A DNA stretch of 63,447 nt, the filler included, from Hyphochytrium catenoides (lineage: Eukaryota > Protista > Hyphochytriomycota), in assembly GCA_900088475.1 (NCBI GenBank). It is 11 parts of 11 records of this genome, joined end to end, with 100 filler letters (N's around TTAATTAATTAA, not from the genome) between each part and the next. Parts side by side here need not be neighbours in the genome. Positions count along the whole stretch, not along the records: positions 22,470 to 44,800 come from FLMG01000775.1; positions 44,901 to 56,464 come from FLMG01000278.1; 9 more parts are not named here. One strand, 5' to 3'. The position numbers were made by a program, and so were the translations under genes. Positions 38,831 through 50,307 of the stretch are shown piece after piece. The notes beneath the pieces were generated by a model. The model ran no database searches. It saw only the letters and a list, made by a program, of their open reading frames with translations, and had not been told where the DNA came from. Position 1 is the stretch's first letter, and the number at the start of each line of letters is the position of its first letter.

Positions 38831-40499
38831 GATGTTAATGTAAGGGGCTGTTCCTCTTCTGCTTCTGCTGAGGAGTCGATGCTGTCCAGGACCAATGAGT
38901 GGTGCTTCCGCCTGCGCGGCAAGAAGGAAGATGTCACGTTGTTGATTGAGTAGGGCCCCGTTGCAGACAGACTCCGAGAAACCTTTTATCTTGTGCTAGG
39001 TAGTACGTCGCCGTGCTGAGTGCCATCTCTTGGGTGGTGCTTACGTAGCTAATTGGGACAGTAAACCCGCCACAGGCCCCGTCATCACAGAAGCTCGTTA
39101 TTAAAGAACAACCTGCAGCAAAGTCTGCGATGAAAGGAAGAGACCAGGCAGCTATTATCCTACCAGTCTGCCCTCCCTCCATGGTCGGCCCCGAGCCAAC
39201 AGCTGAGACTCCTCTTCTTTCAACTTCTATAAGGAGGAGGAGAGAGGTAGGCAAGGCAAGATGACGGTGATCAATGGGCGGGGTGTGGTTCCTATCTGTG
39301 CACTGTGTATGTTCCCTCTGGCTGAGCAGTGCACTTGGCTGCCAGCGCAGATCACCGCCACTGCGTGAGGAAGATGGCCCGCGTAACGGACTGGGGTGGG
39401 TGGGTGTCATCAGTGCAAGCGCTATGACAGCCATATTACTCCTTCCCACTCACTCCTCTTCCTTCACGTTCTGGTGGGTATGATTGCTTTTAGGTCCCCA
39501 ATAACCCAAGATATTCTAAAATTATTATGGAAGCAACTGCAAACTTTGGACTCCCTGTCTCATTTTTCCTTTTCCGTGTACTGTATTTGTAAAACTACCG
39601 CACACCAGAACTCATAGAGAATAATCTCGAGTCAATTTAGCATTGGACGGGAGCTGCCAATGACTCAATATCGTCGCTTTATCGTCCTCTGTACAAAGAC
39701 AGAAACCTCACCTCCAGGGTAGTGCTGTCTTTTCTACTTCCTGACAGGCAGCTAGAGGTCAAGGCCTCCCATCATTCCTCCTCATGCTCAGGGAAGACAA
39801 GCTGGCGTCCTTCGGCTATCCAGCGCAATAGCAGTCTAGACGCACTTCTCAAGGACAGAAGTAGTGGCAGATATGTTGCCCGGGTGTGGATCACGGGTCG
39901 CCGCTGATGACGCCCTCTGAAGAAGAACTACTGCTGCTTCTCTAGTTGAATGAAGGGAACTCGATGACAGACATCACCTTCTCGATATGGACTGGACATA
40001 CAACAGTCTTTGCTTGATACATGTGCTAAGGACACTTGAGAGCTACCGCCTTATTTTTTATCTCGCTTCCTACTCTGTCATTATCATTAACTCTGTGGTT
40101 CTTGTCTAGCCGCGAAACTCCTCCCCCTCTATCCTCCTCAACCTGTCGCTGCTGTGGCTGCACTTCCTTTTTCGACTTCTCTGTGCCCTTCGCTGGTGGT
40201 CATCTGTCTTACTCGAAAGGATCATACTGGTAAACTGACTGAAGCGGGAGATGCATAGAAGAACCCGGCGTCATGTGTGAATAAGTAAGATAAGGATAAT
40301 GCTACTGGCTTACAGTTGTGACCATCTACTCAACCTCCTCCTCAGAAGAGTGTCTATTCTGCCCTTCAATCTGGAGAGATCAAGCTCAGTTCTCCTCCTA
40401 CAAATTTCAACTACGGGTGCGAGCCCCAACTGAACTATGAGGGAGCTGCACTTGGAAGAAGAACGTCTTCTTCTGATGTCTTAGGAGCTAGTGCTACTC

Positions 40500-42828
40500 C
40501 TAAAGAGGATTGCTTTTGCTCATCATCTCCCCTACTGGAGGCGATACCTTTGATGCCTTCCGCACTACCAATGCATGGTTTGTGGAGGCGATACCTTTGA
40601 TGCCTTCCGCACTACCAATGCATGGTTTTCTTTCACGCCCTGTGAAATTTTCTCAATCCCTTTTCTGTCCCGTGGTTGTACTCTGGTTGTGCTCTTCTTT
40701 CCTCCTCTACTTCGGGCTTTATGTTGGAAACGTCCAAAAGGATCCACTAGCATCTTATAGACTTCGTGCTCCATCTGTTCACGAAGCGGAAGGGGTGGAG
40801 ATTCTTTAGCGTTAGGAAAAGAGAGCTTCACAAGTATAAGACAGCTATAGTTCTTCCGCACCTTGTCAAAAATCGTGACTGGAAGAGTCCCATCCGTAGT
40901 CTTCGAGATAGCCGTCTGCATTTCCGTTGATGGATGTTACCAGCCGCGCACCGGCACTGACGTTGATTTGCAATTTGGCGCCTTCTTTGACGTAGCTCTC
41001 GAATAGACTCTGCACAAACTCCACTGCTTGATCTGACTTCCACGCTATTTCTCGCTTGTAAGTCTCTAGCTGCATAAGAAAGAGCATGTTCTCCACTGCG
41101 AACTCCTGCACTGCGCAAAGATGAATACATGGACATAAAGATCAATCGTGGCAGGAAGCAGGAGTGGTAAACGGTAGCTAGCACGGGAAGGACGAGATGA
41201 AAGGGGGAAGAGTGCACAGGTGCTCCCAAATTAAATTGCCACAAAGTAAAGGAAGCATCCATAGTGACTGCGTACCCAGATAACTTTTGAACTTGAGCTG
41301 CAGTTGAACATTGCCCTGAAGCAGCTCACGAAGTTCTGTTGCATTGTTTATCCTGGTTTGGGGAACATCTTCGTCCTCGTCATCGTCCGGAGCTGAAAAA
41401 CTAGCCTCACGCCCGGATGCATCACTGCTGCTGGCGATGGGCAAATAGGTAGCAGAGAGGCGCTCCGTAGCTACAAGGTGAGCTGCTTTGGTGATAGTGT
41501 ATGGGACATTGTAGAGGTAGTTGGTGCAAAAGACAATAGCAAAGATGATCTGGGAAAGCGCCGCCAGGTCGTAGAAAAGCTGCGCGTGGTCTATAAGGTT
41601 CGGTACAAACTGCCAGTAGTAGGTGGATAGAAGAGTGAATGGTGGTTAGGGGTCTTCCTTTTTTTTTGCTGGAGGAGAGGATGGCATAATACTCCGTCGT
41701 TGCACTCCTCGAAACCAATGGAGAGGAAGGCAACAAGGAAGAACAGCACGACCCTTATTACGCATGTTTCTTTACTAACCTGCTTAATCCACAGAGGAAG
41801 CTCTAAGAACAGGTAGAATCGTTTATTGATGGCGGTCGTCTTTGTGTACAGAGGACGCAGCGGGTAGGATTCCTTCACGCTCTTGGAGAGATCTGTGACT
41901 TTCTTCATCAGTCCTAAGACCAAGTAGCCATTCAGGATCCGAGCAACGAACTGCATAAGGACAGCTCAGCCAGCTACAGGGATTCAGTGGACCTGTGCAG
42001 TGGTGAATGAGGAACACCTTGGGTCTGACACCGGTAGAGTCAGCTTGTCAGAATCTTGGAGAAGTCGAGTGAGCATGCCGAAGCTAGTGATCACCGCGGT
42101 AAATGAGACAACCAACACATCAAACTTCACGCCCCTAGGAAGGATACGAAGTCAGCCAGGAATAGGGCGCAGTGATAGCATAAGAAACGAACTTACTTTA
42201 GAATGCCCCTGTTCCTAAGATACCAGTTGTTTATGTCGCCCTTCTCTAATGCATACTGCGCGTTGTATTGGATAAAACCTCTAAAAGTGATGGAGAACGC
42301 GATCCCTAGAGGAGCCCCATGTGAGAGGGAAATCAGCCTACGATGAGTCAGCTGCTGGGAGGTAGGCGGAACGCTATTCTATTACTCACCTCCTGCCACG
42401 AGGTATTGCCAGTTGCCAATCAGAATATGCAACCAGCATGGCATGGAAGGAATCAACAGAGCATGAGTATAAGCAAGAAAGGTAACCGGGGTGACACCAG
42501 CCAGGCCTGCGTACACCGGGACATAGAGCAGGGACACGGGGAAGACTCTGCGGTAACGCACAAGCCGGTAAAGTAGAAGACTGACAAAGGAGATGAGAAA
42601 AGTCAGGTATATGACAGAGAAGTAGAAAGCCCAATCTCCGGACGTTTTGATGGGGACATTCGTCACACAAGGATTAGGCAAGTAGATAGTGGATTCACAG
42701 CTTTCTATGTCACTCGGAGGGTTTGATATAGTTAGAGTCGGCGATGAGCTGCCATCGACTGCAGCGGCTCCATCGTCCTTGAGGGAGAATATTTCAGTTG
42801 AGTCACTGGGAAGGGGCATCAGATTCAT
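40500..42828 (-). pseudogene. 7TM-RGS fusion, copy 4; TM region intact, RGS domain frameshifted and tail duplicated (pseudogene, GAP-dead variant, or splice-rescued)
   Basis: Exons 1-5 open and homologous to copies 1-3. In exon 6 there are 4 extra nt after GARL (about 40916-40940), giving a stop at 40866 while the homologous QTAISKTTDGTLPVTIFDK continues in another frame. A 47-nt tandem duplication lies at 40536-40628; the ancestral stop is at 40500. Confidence 0.7.
40536..40628. repeat. 46-nt perfect direct repeat (period 47) in last exon of 7TM-RGS copy 4
   Basis: tggaggcgatacctttgatgccttccgcactaccaatgcatggttt at 40536-40581 and 40583-40628. Confidence 0.95.
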
Positions 42829-44900
42829 GCCGGCGTAATGAAACCGCGGCCGGGTCAACGACTCGCACTAAGCACTTGCGTGCCTGATCCAAAGAGCTGA
42901 ATGCTGACAATAGTATTGACTCACTGAACCGCCACCCATTGTTCCTGCTGTTTCCCAAGCGGAAATGCCAACTCTGAGGCCGGCAAACAGACCGGCAGGA
43001 GCCGAGGCCACTTTAAGTTCTTCGCTCTCTCCCTTTCCCGTCCTGCCCAAACACATTTCTTGCAGTCCACTGGAGCCAAGTGGAGGCATGAGCATACTGG
43101 CCTCTAAAAAGAGTACTACTCGTACCTGCAAAGCTGGTCGGCACCGACAAGAGCGGTAGAGCTGATGTTATTGTGGGAGCGTGAAAAGGGAGGGAGGAGT
43201 AAGAAGAAGATCCGTCCATCTCCCTTCGCTTCAAGGCACACTGGACCAAGGACGGAGCTCGACTGACGGAGTATGCTGACGGAGTGCACTCAGCAGCTAC
43301 TGCCCCAGCACACAGGCTCCGGTCCGGGACGACAGGCGTAACGGACGGGGTGGATGGGACAGGGCTTCTCCTGGGCTTAATGCATGACCCACCCGAGGTT
43401 ATGGGGGAAAGATGGGTGGAGAGGGAACAAGGTGTGCTACTCATTTACTTGTGTGCTTGGGAGGATGAGGAAAGGAGGTTGCCTGTCTGCCTGCTGCTGG
43501 TGATGGGAGACAGGAAGAGCAGGCAACAGGGTGCCGTCTTTCTTCCTAGCAACGCGATAGACAGCTGCAGTGGCCTCTGAACAGAAGCTGCCCATTTTGC
43601 TGCTAAAGGCCTTTCGTGAAAGCGACAACAGAATACCTTATGTTACCTTCTTGCACCAGATACTCTCCAGACATAGACATCCACGGCGATGAGCATGTGC
43701 GCTGCTGACTCACGCATTAGCGACCGGAAATAGCTTGCTCATTGGAGAAGTCAATGATATACTCGCACTCTGTTACAGTTTGTTCTAATGAACGCTTGCA
43801 GCGCTGTTTGTGGCCGGACCATCGGAGGTCCTTGTCCCATGATCCGGAAGGGAAGGGGTGGAAGAGGTGGATATCCTAGACAATGCACTGCTATTACGTT
43901 CTGCCTTGAGAGAGAAACTACTATGATCATCGTTTGTTTTCACCAGCCATCTGCCTCCGTTTTTTATGGTATTACAAGTCAAAGGAGCGCAGACGACCAA
44001 GGACAGCCTTAGGGTAGATGAATGTCGTGACTCAGTCCACCGTGAAAAGTAGAGCAGACGAGAACTCCGGCCGCTGCTATTCTGCCCGTTCTTCTTTGCT
44101 ATTGAACCAAGGCTGATTCATATGGGCGTGCGAAGACGCCTCAGCGGGCGATGCAAAAGCTCAGCTAAAATCACGGATTGATGGGACTACAAACGGGAAG
44201 GAAGACGATTAGCACAGGCCACCCTTGGCCATCAGCTGCTGCGCTTACGGATACGTCATTAGCGCAAGAAAAAACTTCTTACAATCATTAGGGAGTGAAG
44301 ACGAAGAGCTCTGGCGCTGACCGCTGACGATATTAGAACAGACGAAGCTAGGAAGAGGTCGATTGACAACGGAAATGCCTATCATAGCTTACTGGGGAAC
44401 ATTAGTAGTGTTTTGCATATCTACAGAGGTGGGATTTCCAACTGCACCATCTAACGTTCAATTGCTTAGTTCCTCTAGATCTTTGTCGGTAGCTATAGCA
44501 GCAGGCAACATGTCTAATAGACTTCCAGAAGCCCCGCGTACCTTCACCGTGCAAGGTGAGTTCATGTGCGATCTCTCTGATCTCAAGTGGCTATAAAGTC
44601 GTAAAATATCAAGGCTCGGAGGTAGCCGAACATCCCGTTGCCGTTAACTACCTTTCCTTCCCATCATGATATCGCCCACCGGTGGCGATACCTTAGAAGT
44701 TTTCCGCCCTATTAGTTGTTGACCAGTCTTGTCTCCGGATTGACTGCCTCCATTGTTGAGAGCAGTCCGGTCACGACGTACCAACCGGCGCGCTAACAGA
44801 NNNNNNNNNNNNNNNNNNNNNNNNNNNNNNNNNNNNNNNNNNNNTTAATTAATTAANNNNNNNNNNNNNNNNNNNNNNNNNNNNNNNNNNNNNNNNNNNN

Positions 44901-47555
44901 CGCATCCTCGTCGTTACACAGCAGAAACAGCACAAGAGCTTCGAACTTGGGGCTTTCTGCAAAGTTGTCCTTTGCCTGCGCCTGTTTCGAAGTTTCTGCT
45001 TGGCGAGACGAGAGGCTAAGGGCTGAAGATTGCAAGAGAGAGACTATCGCCTCTGCCGTCAGCACCAGCGCTGTGCTGCGAGTCCCACTTTTTGTCGAGC
45101 TTGCCTCCGAATTCTCTATGACTCTCCACCAGTTCAAAAGGCACTTGAATAGCTCTTTCTGAAGCTCCGCCACATCTTCTGATACTTCAAATCTCTCTGA
45201 AGAGGCAGTGCGAGCGTACTCTCTCAGGCAATATAGCAGAGGGAGCTTTGCCTCCAGCATAGCGTCTCTCATCTCTGTGTGTAAGTCCCGATAGAGTGAG
45301 ATCGCCCCCTCTCCTAGTCGCTTCAGGTTTCCAGCCATAGCCCGTAATAGCCTCTCTCCTTGCCGGGACAGAAGGGTCTCCTCCTCCACATCTTCCTGTT
45401 CCTTCTCTTTCAACGCCTCGCCTAACCCAGCAAGAAACGGATGAGGGAAACGCGTGGCTGCCTCCACAGCCAGCCTTCCCAGAATGGCCCGCCCTCTGCT
45501 CAATCCGCCCGTCGCCCTTTCGACCTTATTGACTTCTCTCGGAAGTGGAAGAGCCTCAAGGAGAAAAGCCAAAACAGATGTCTTGTATGGCTGTGGAGAG
45601 GAAGAAGAGAGCAGCTTGTCGAACAATAGAAAGAAGAGCCGCTCCACCACCACCTGCACGCTGTACGGGTCCATTCTCATATCTTCCTTGACTAGGACGG
45701 CGGACCACCGCCTGAGAGCACGAAGGAGGGCATGGAGAATCACCTCTGGGTCGTTGAGAAGGAGGAGCAAGAAAGAGAGCGAAGGAGAATCAATCAGCTG
45801 CTTGACCACAGAGATATCTTCTTCGACCTCGAGCCTGCGCAGAAGCACTTCTCCCTCCGTCCATCTTTTTTCTTCGTCTTTTACTCCTAGTGCTTCTATT
45901 TCTCTTAGCCCTGCCACTCGAACAGCAGGTGATGGGTGCTCCAAAGCAAGGAGAAGAGTCGTCGTTATCCACTGCGAACCCGTGCTGACAGAAAGAGGAA
46001 GATAACGAGCAAAGCTCCCTGCATCTCTATCTCCTCTTTGGCTCTCTCTTTTCAAGGAATTGGTTCCGTAGATAAACCGAAGAAAGTCACTAACTGTCCG
46101 CATTCCACTTCCTTTGTCCCCTCTTCCCTTCATGGCAGGGAAGACGCTGTCTAGGTCATTAAGGATAGAGAGAGCCTTGTCCACCGCCTCAGGATACCGA
46201 GAACTTACCATCTTTAGCGCCTCTCCTAGAGTCTGCAGTTTCCCTTCAACACTGTCCCCATTTTCTCTCGCCTTGTGGACTTCCTTCTCTCTCTGATTTC
46301 CGTTGTCCAGAGAGAGAAGAAGGTCCCTTGCTCTAAAAAGAAGCTTCTTTATAAAGCCGACAGCCTGCTCCTCCAAAGGGACATCCAGTAGAAACCGCCT
46401 GACAACTGAGCGAAAGGGAGGAGACGATGCCCCTTCATTCCCTTCTCCTCCTCTCTTTTCTCTCCCTTCCTCAGCCATACCACCCTCTGTCAACTCTTCT
46501 GCCAGCCTATCGAGAAAGAGCTCCAAGAATCTGGAAGTGTCGTACCCAAATGGCTCAGAAATGGCTTGGCAGACAAGCGCGGAGAGCCCTGGCGCTGGTA
46601 CTTTGCAGAGATATCTAAAGGCCTTAGGAGGAACGACGGAAAGCTCCTCTTGGGTCTGAAAAAGAGAAAGAAGGCAGCAGAAGGACTCGAAAGCATTAGA
46701 AGAGTGTGTTTGTCTCGCCACGGCATTGACTAGTGGCACTACAGCGTGCGCGGTGAGTGTCAGACGCTGAGAGAGGCGGACAATGACCATAAAGGCTGAG
46801 AGTTGTCGTTCTCTCGAAGTCTCAGCAGTGGCTTTTATCCCATCAAACGCTGCAGGAAGGAGAAGACGTAGAAGGTCGTCGCTGACTTGTGGAGCCCGAG
46901 CCAGCACCTCCATCGCAACCAAAGTATAAAGAGTAAGTGCCTTCTGGTTCTCCGGCTGTGTCTTGACAAGATCACAGATGAACTGCAGCACGGAGCTGTC
47001 ACGAATACACCGCTCCGACAGTGCATTTCGAGCTAATGGCGACCCGGACTCCTGCACAGCATGCAAGAAAGCCCACCTGGAGTTTTTGAGCTGTAAGAGC
47101 TTCACAATACGAGGGAAATATGGCGTCTCATGGTAAGGCAAGACGCAGGCCATAATCTCCTCAGTATTATACCGATGGATAGCATAGAGGCGGATGAGAA
47201 ATTCTAGCGCCTTATGTGCGGGCTTCAACAGAAAAAAAGGTGATAGTTGCCGAAGAAAGTCCGCGAGAGCCTCATTCAAAGCCTCATTTTCTGCCTTGGT
47301 AAGGAGGTCTCTGTCGTAAGAGCTCGAGACAGAGAACAGAGAGGCCTCAAAGATGGCAAAGCGTGGGTTGAGTTGTGTCAGCTCCATGAGCCCGTTGATG
47401 CCGAGCCCACAGATGGTCTCTGTGTCCACATCTTCAGCTTCTCGAGGATGGAAGAGAAAAGAAGCTTTTCCCTTCTGTTTCTTACTCTTGTTTCCAGCTG
47501 CCGCGACCGCATTGTCGCCCCGCAGCTGCGCGAGTTGATCTTTCAGTGATGTCAT
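44901..47555 (-). CDS. UTP10: U3 snoRNP/SSU processome HEAT-repeat protein UTP10 (HEATR1), N-terminal ~885 aa; truncated at segment end
   Basis: MTSLKDQLAQL...ASFLFHPREA...GLMELTQLNPRFAIFEASLFS...FLRQLSPFFLLKPAHKALEFLIRLYAIHRYNTEEIMACVLPYHET is the conserved UTP10 N-terminus; open and intronless until the spacer. Confidence 0.95.
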
Positions 47556-48753
47556 TGCATTCCCCTCGCTGAGCTATCAAACGCCTACACGTGTGTCAGC
47601 AACGCAACTCTTGCGCCCTCTTGAGGAGGAGACCTACCGAAATACCCTGATCCACCTAATCTACTTAGCACTATGTAGTGCAATATCTTGCGCCCCAGTT
47701 CCCGTGGACCCCTCTGCTGCTATAACGCCCCGGCTCTATTGCAATGGCCAGCCTCAGCATCTGCAGTCTGGCAAAGCTCATGCAGAGCTGTGGACTGAGT
47801 CAAATGAAGCTTCAGAAGCTCTGCGAACGGCGAACCGCAACTCCACCAGCAGTTTGGTTGGCCACGCCGGAGCAACACGACTCGGGTCAAGGAGCCTGGG
47901 TTAATACCCGGGTTAATCTTGTACAACTAACTTTTATACTGGCTCGTATCCTTCTTATTCGGCACCCAAGTTCTCTTATGTTTCTTACATTACCTTAGAG
48001 TTGAGAACCATTAACCCGAATACACTTGGTTTGACTCGGGCTGTTGTGAGACAAGCATTCTGATCAGAACGCAGGGACCTACACTCTACCCCAGTCATAT
48101 TCCTGATACAGTACAACAAACACCAGCACCAGCAACAGCGGCGAATCAGCAAAAAAATCTCTTCAGAAGAGTTTAAGATTGGCTTCTGCCGTCGAGTGCG
48201 ACAGAGATTTAGCATTGATCAGCCTGCATGTCTCGACCATCTGCCAAGATAGGTTGCTCAAGTGAGCTGTCTTCGTGAATTGTCAGCTGACTACCTCGAG
48301 GGCTGCACGGTCCCGGCAGCAACAGAGATAGATCAGCAAGGGGCTCGTCATAAGGGCAGTCGATATAGTGATCAGTTTAGGGATTGTACACGCTCATCAG
48401 CCATCAACTACTTCTTATTCCAAGTCCACTACTCCAGTCAAGGAAGAGAGGTATGGAAAGGAGGAAGTGGCTGAGTACACGGGGCGAACAGTACTGCAGT
48501 ATGTTTGGCAAGCAGGGAGTCCCTTCGGCCATCAGCTGGCTCCTCTTAGCTCATAACCAGAAGGCACGTAGGGGGGATTTAGCTATTAGACAAATAATGA
48601 GAAAGAGGAAGGTCATGACGCCTGCGTTTCTCCATCCTTCGTCGCTTTGGTACACTCACAAAATAGAGGAAGGACCCGGAGACGTTGCATTAACGTTTCT
48701 AAGGGACTATTTGAAGAGAGTGATTGCAGGAAGGACGAAGAGGGCGAGAATGG

Positions 48754-50307
48754 TCAAGCTCCCGACGCTGGGTGTAGAGCTCCATCTCCTGAGGGAAGAA
48801 AGCGACGGAACCAGGCCAACATCCCATCCCCTTTGCTTCCTCCTCTCCATTCTTCCTCTCCTCCCACTGGCTCTAACATTCTCGCAGGGATAGTTTTGAG
48901 TCCAGGTAGCTTCCTCGTACCTGAACTGATGGCGACAATAGACCTGCCTGAGCTAATGATTCTTGGCCGACCAATGAAGCGGACGGCTCCGCCTCCATTG
49001 GCCGAGCCAAGCAAGCTGTTGATGGCTTGAACCTCGACTCTTCCTTTCCCAGTCACCTTGACCTCTACCTCTTTCGCCACTACAGCGGCTGCGAAGATAC
49101 TCCCGCTTCCTCTGTGCTCTACTTCGTGTCTCTCACAACTGCCTTCTCCATAATAGCTCACATCTCCCTCGCCTCCTCCTTCTGTCCTCAGCAAGGCGCA
49201 GTCTGCTATAAAGGCTATGAAGACGCTGCCCGGACCTGCCGTAAGGACGCTAATATTAGGAGACGAGATGGCCGTCACCAACTTTACTCGGCCTCCTTGA
49301 AGACTCCGGATGACGGCCTCGGATCCGACTTGTAAGCCGCTAGGAGCCTCCAGTTGGATGTCCCCTGAGCCGGACGAAGTGATGTCGACCGAAAGAGCTG
49401 AGAGCTTTCGCTTTGTAGAGAGAAAGAGATCTCCAGAGCCAGAGTTTCTTATTATGAGAGAAGCGTCTGATCCAGTCCACAGAAGGCCGTTGTCAAGCAC
49501 AAGGTCCCCGCTATCTGCCGCCTCGACATAAGAGAGAGATGTTCGCTTAAGAAGCTCTACGTCCACCAACATGAAGTGGCTTCCTCGGCTTAAATGCTGA
49601 GTGCTCTGAACAGTGAGGACTAGAGAGTATGAAGACCACGATGACGGAGAGCCAGAGTCGCCAGATGAGGAGGAGTCAGAAGAAGATGAACGACCCACAC
49701 GACCCCGTGCTGTGGCCTCCTCTCCTTCGTCCGACCTGGCGCTCCTCTCCTCTATTATTCTTCCATTGCCACACTTATGTTCTCTGTCCACTGCTCTACT
49801 CGTCGTCACGTTGATAAGGTTCACTAGCACGCTACTTGTTCCCCATATTTTCACCACTGCCACCTCCTGACCTCTCTCCTTTCCTTCTGACTCATCTCTT
49901 GGCAAGAGCTGTGCGGTCTCTCTGTTGTTTTGATTTCCCACTTGCTGCCCTTTACTTTCTGCTGGTTGAACAGGAGAGTTAACTGTTCCTCGTTTCCCTA
50001 ACAGGTTTTCCTTCTCCTTAGCGGCAGGAGGAGGCCCTTCCTCTTTTCTGCTCTTTTTTCGCTGGCGTCTGACGAAAACTCGACCAGGAAGGGCGGAGAT
50101 TAGCCCATCTAGCTTGGCGTCTTCTCTCTCGGTCAGTCTAACTGTTACCGTTCTTCGGTAGAGCCATCGACCTCCTCTTTTCTCCCTATAGCGGTCAGTG
50201 AAGTCTAAGCTGTTACGCGTCTTCACTCTCTCAAGAGAATGGCCAAGGACATTATCATTGACAATGGCACCGGCCATCATTTTCTCCCACAGATTAAGGA
50301 GCAGCAC
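48754..50307 (-). CDS. GIN-domain (DUF2807, putative autotransporter-adhesin head) beta-solenoid protein
   Basis: 517-aa ORF with repeated xSGSGD(I/L/V)-type units (DSGDLVL, NSGSGDLFL, SSGSGDIQL, AGPGSVFI, GGEGDVSY, RGSGSIFA, TGKGRVEV, NGGGAVRFIGRP). Start uncertain (ATG at 50280 or an upstream exon). Confidence 0.78.
   Translation of the reverse strand: MLLLNLWEKMMAGAIVNDNVLGHSLERVKTRNSLDFTDRYREKRGGRWLYRRTVTVRLTEREDAKLDGLISALPGRVFVRRQRKKSRKEEGPPPAAKEKENLLGKRGTVNSPVQPAESKGQQVGNQNNRETAQLLPRDESEGKERGQEVAVVKIWGTSSVLVNLINVTTSRAVDREHKCGNGRIIEERSARSDEGEEATARGRVGRSSSSDSSSSGDSGSPSSWSSYSLVLTVQSTQHLSRGSHFMLVDVELLKRTSLSYVEAADSGDLVLDNGLLWTGSDASLIIRNSGSGDLFLSTKRKLSALSVDITSSGSGDIQLEAPSGLQVGSEAVIRSLQGGRVKLVTAISSPNISVLTAGPGSVFIAFIADCALLRTEGGGEGDVSYYGEGSCERHEVEHRGSGSIFAAAVVAKEVEVKVTGKGRVEVQAINSLLGSANGGGAVRFIGRPRIISSGRSIVAISSGTRKLPGLKTIPARMLEPVGGEEEWRGGSKGDGMLAWFRRFLPSGDGALHPASGA

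Noticed and set aside
851-42828. A G-protein signalling gene cluster linking the VFT receptor to the 7TM-RGS array
   Set aside because: They lie on different artificially joined segments, so proximity is not evidence.
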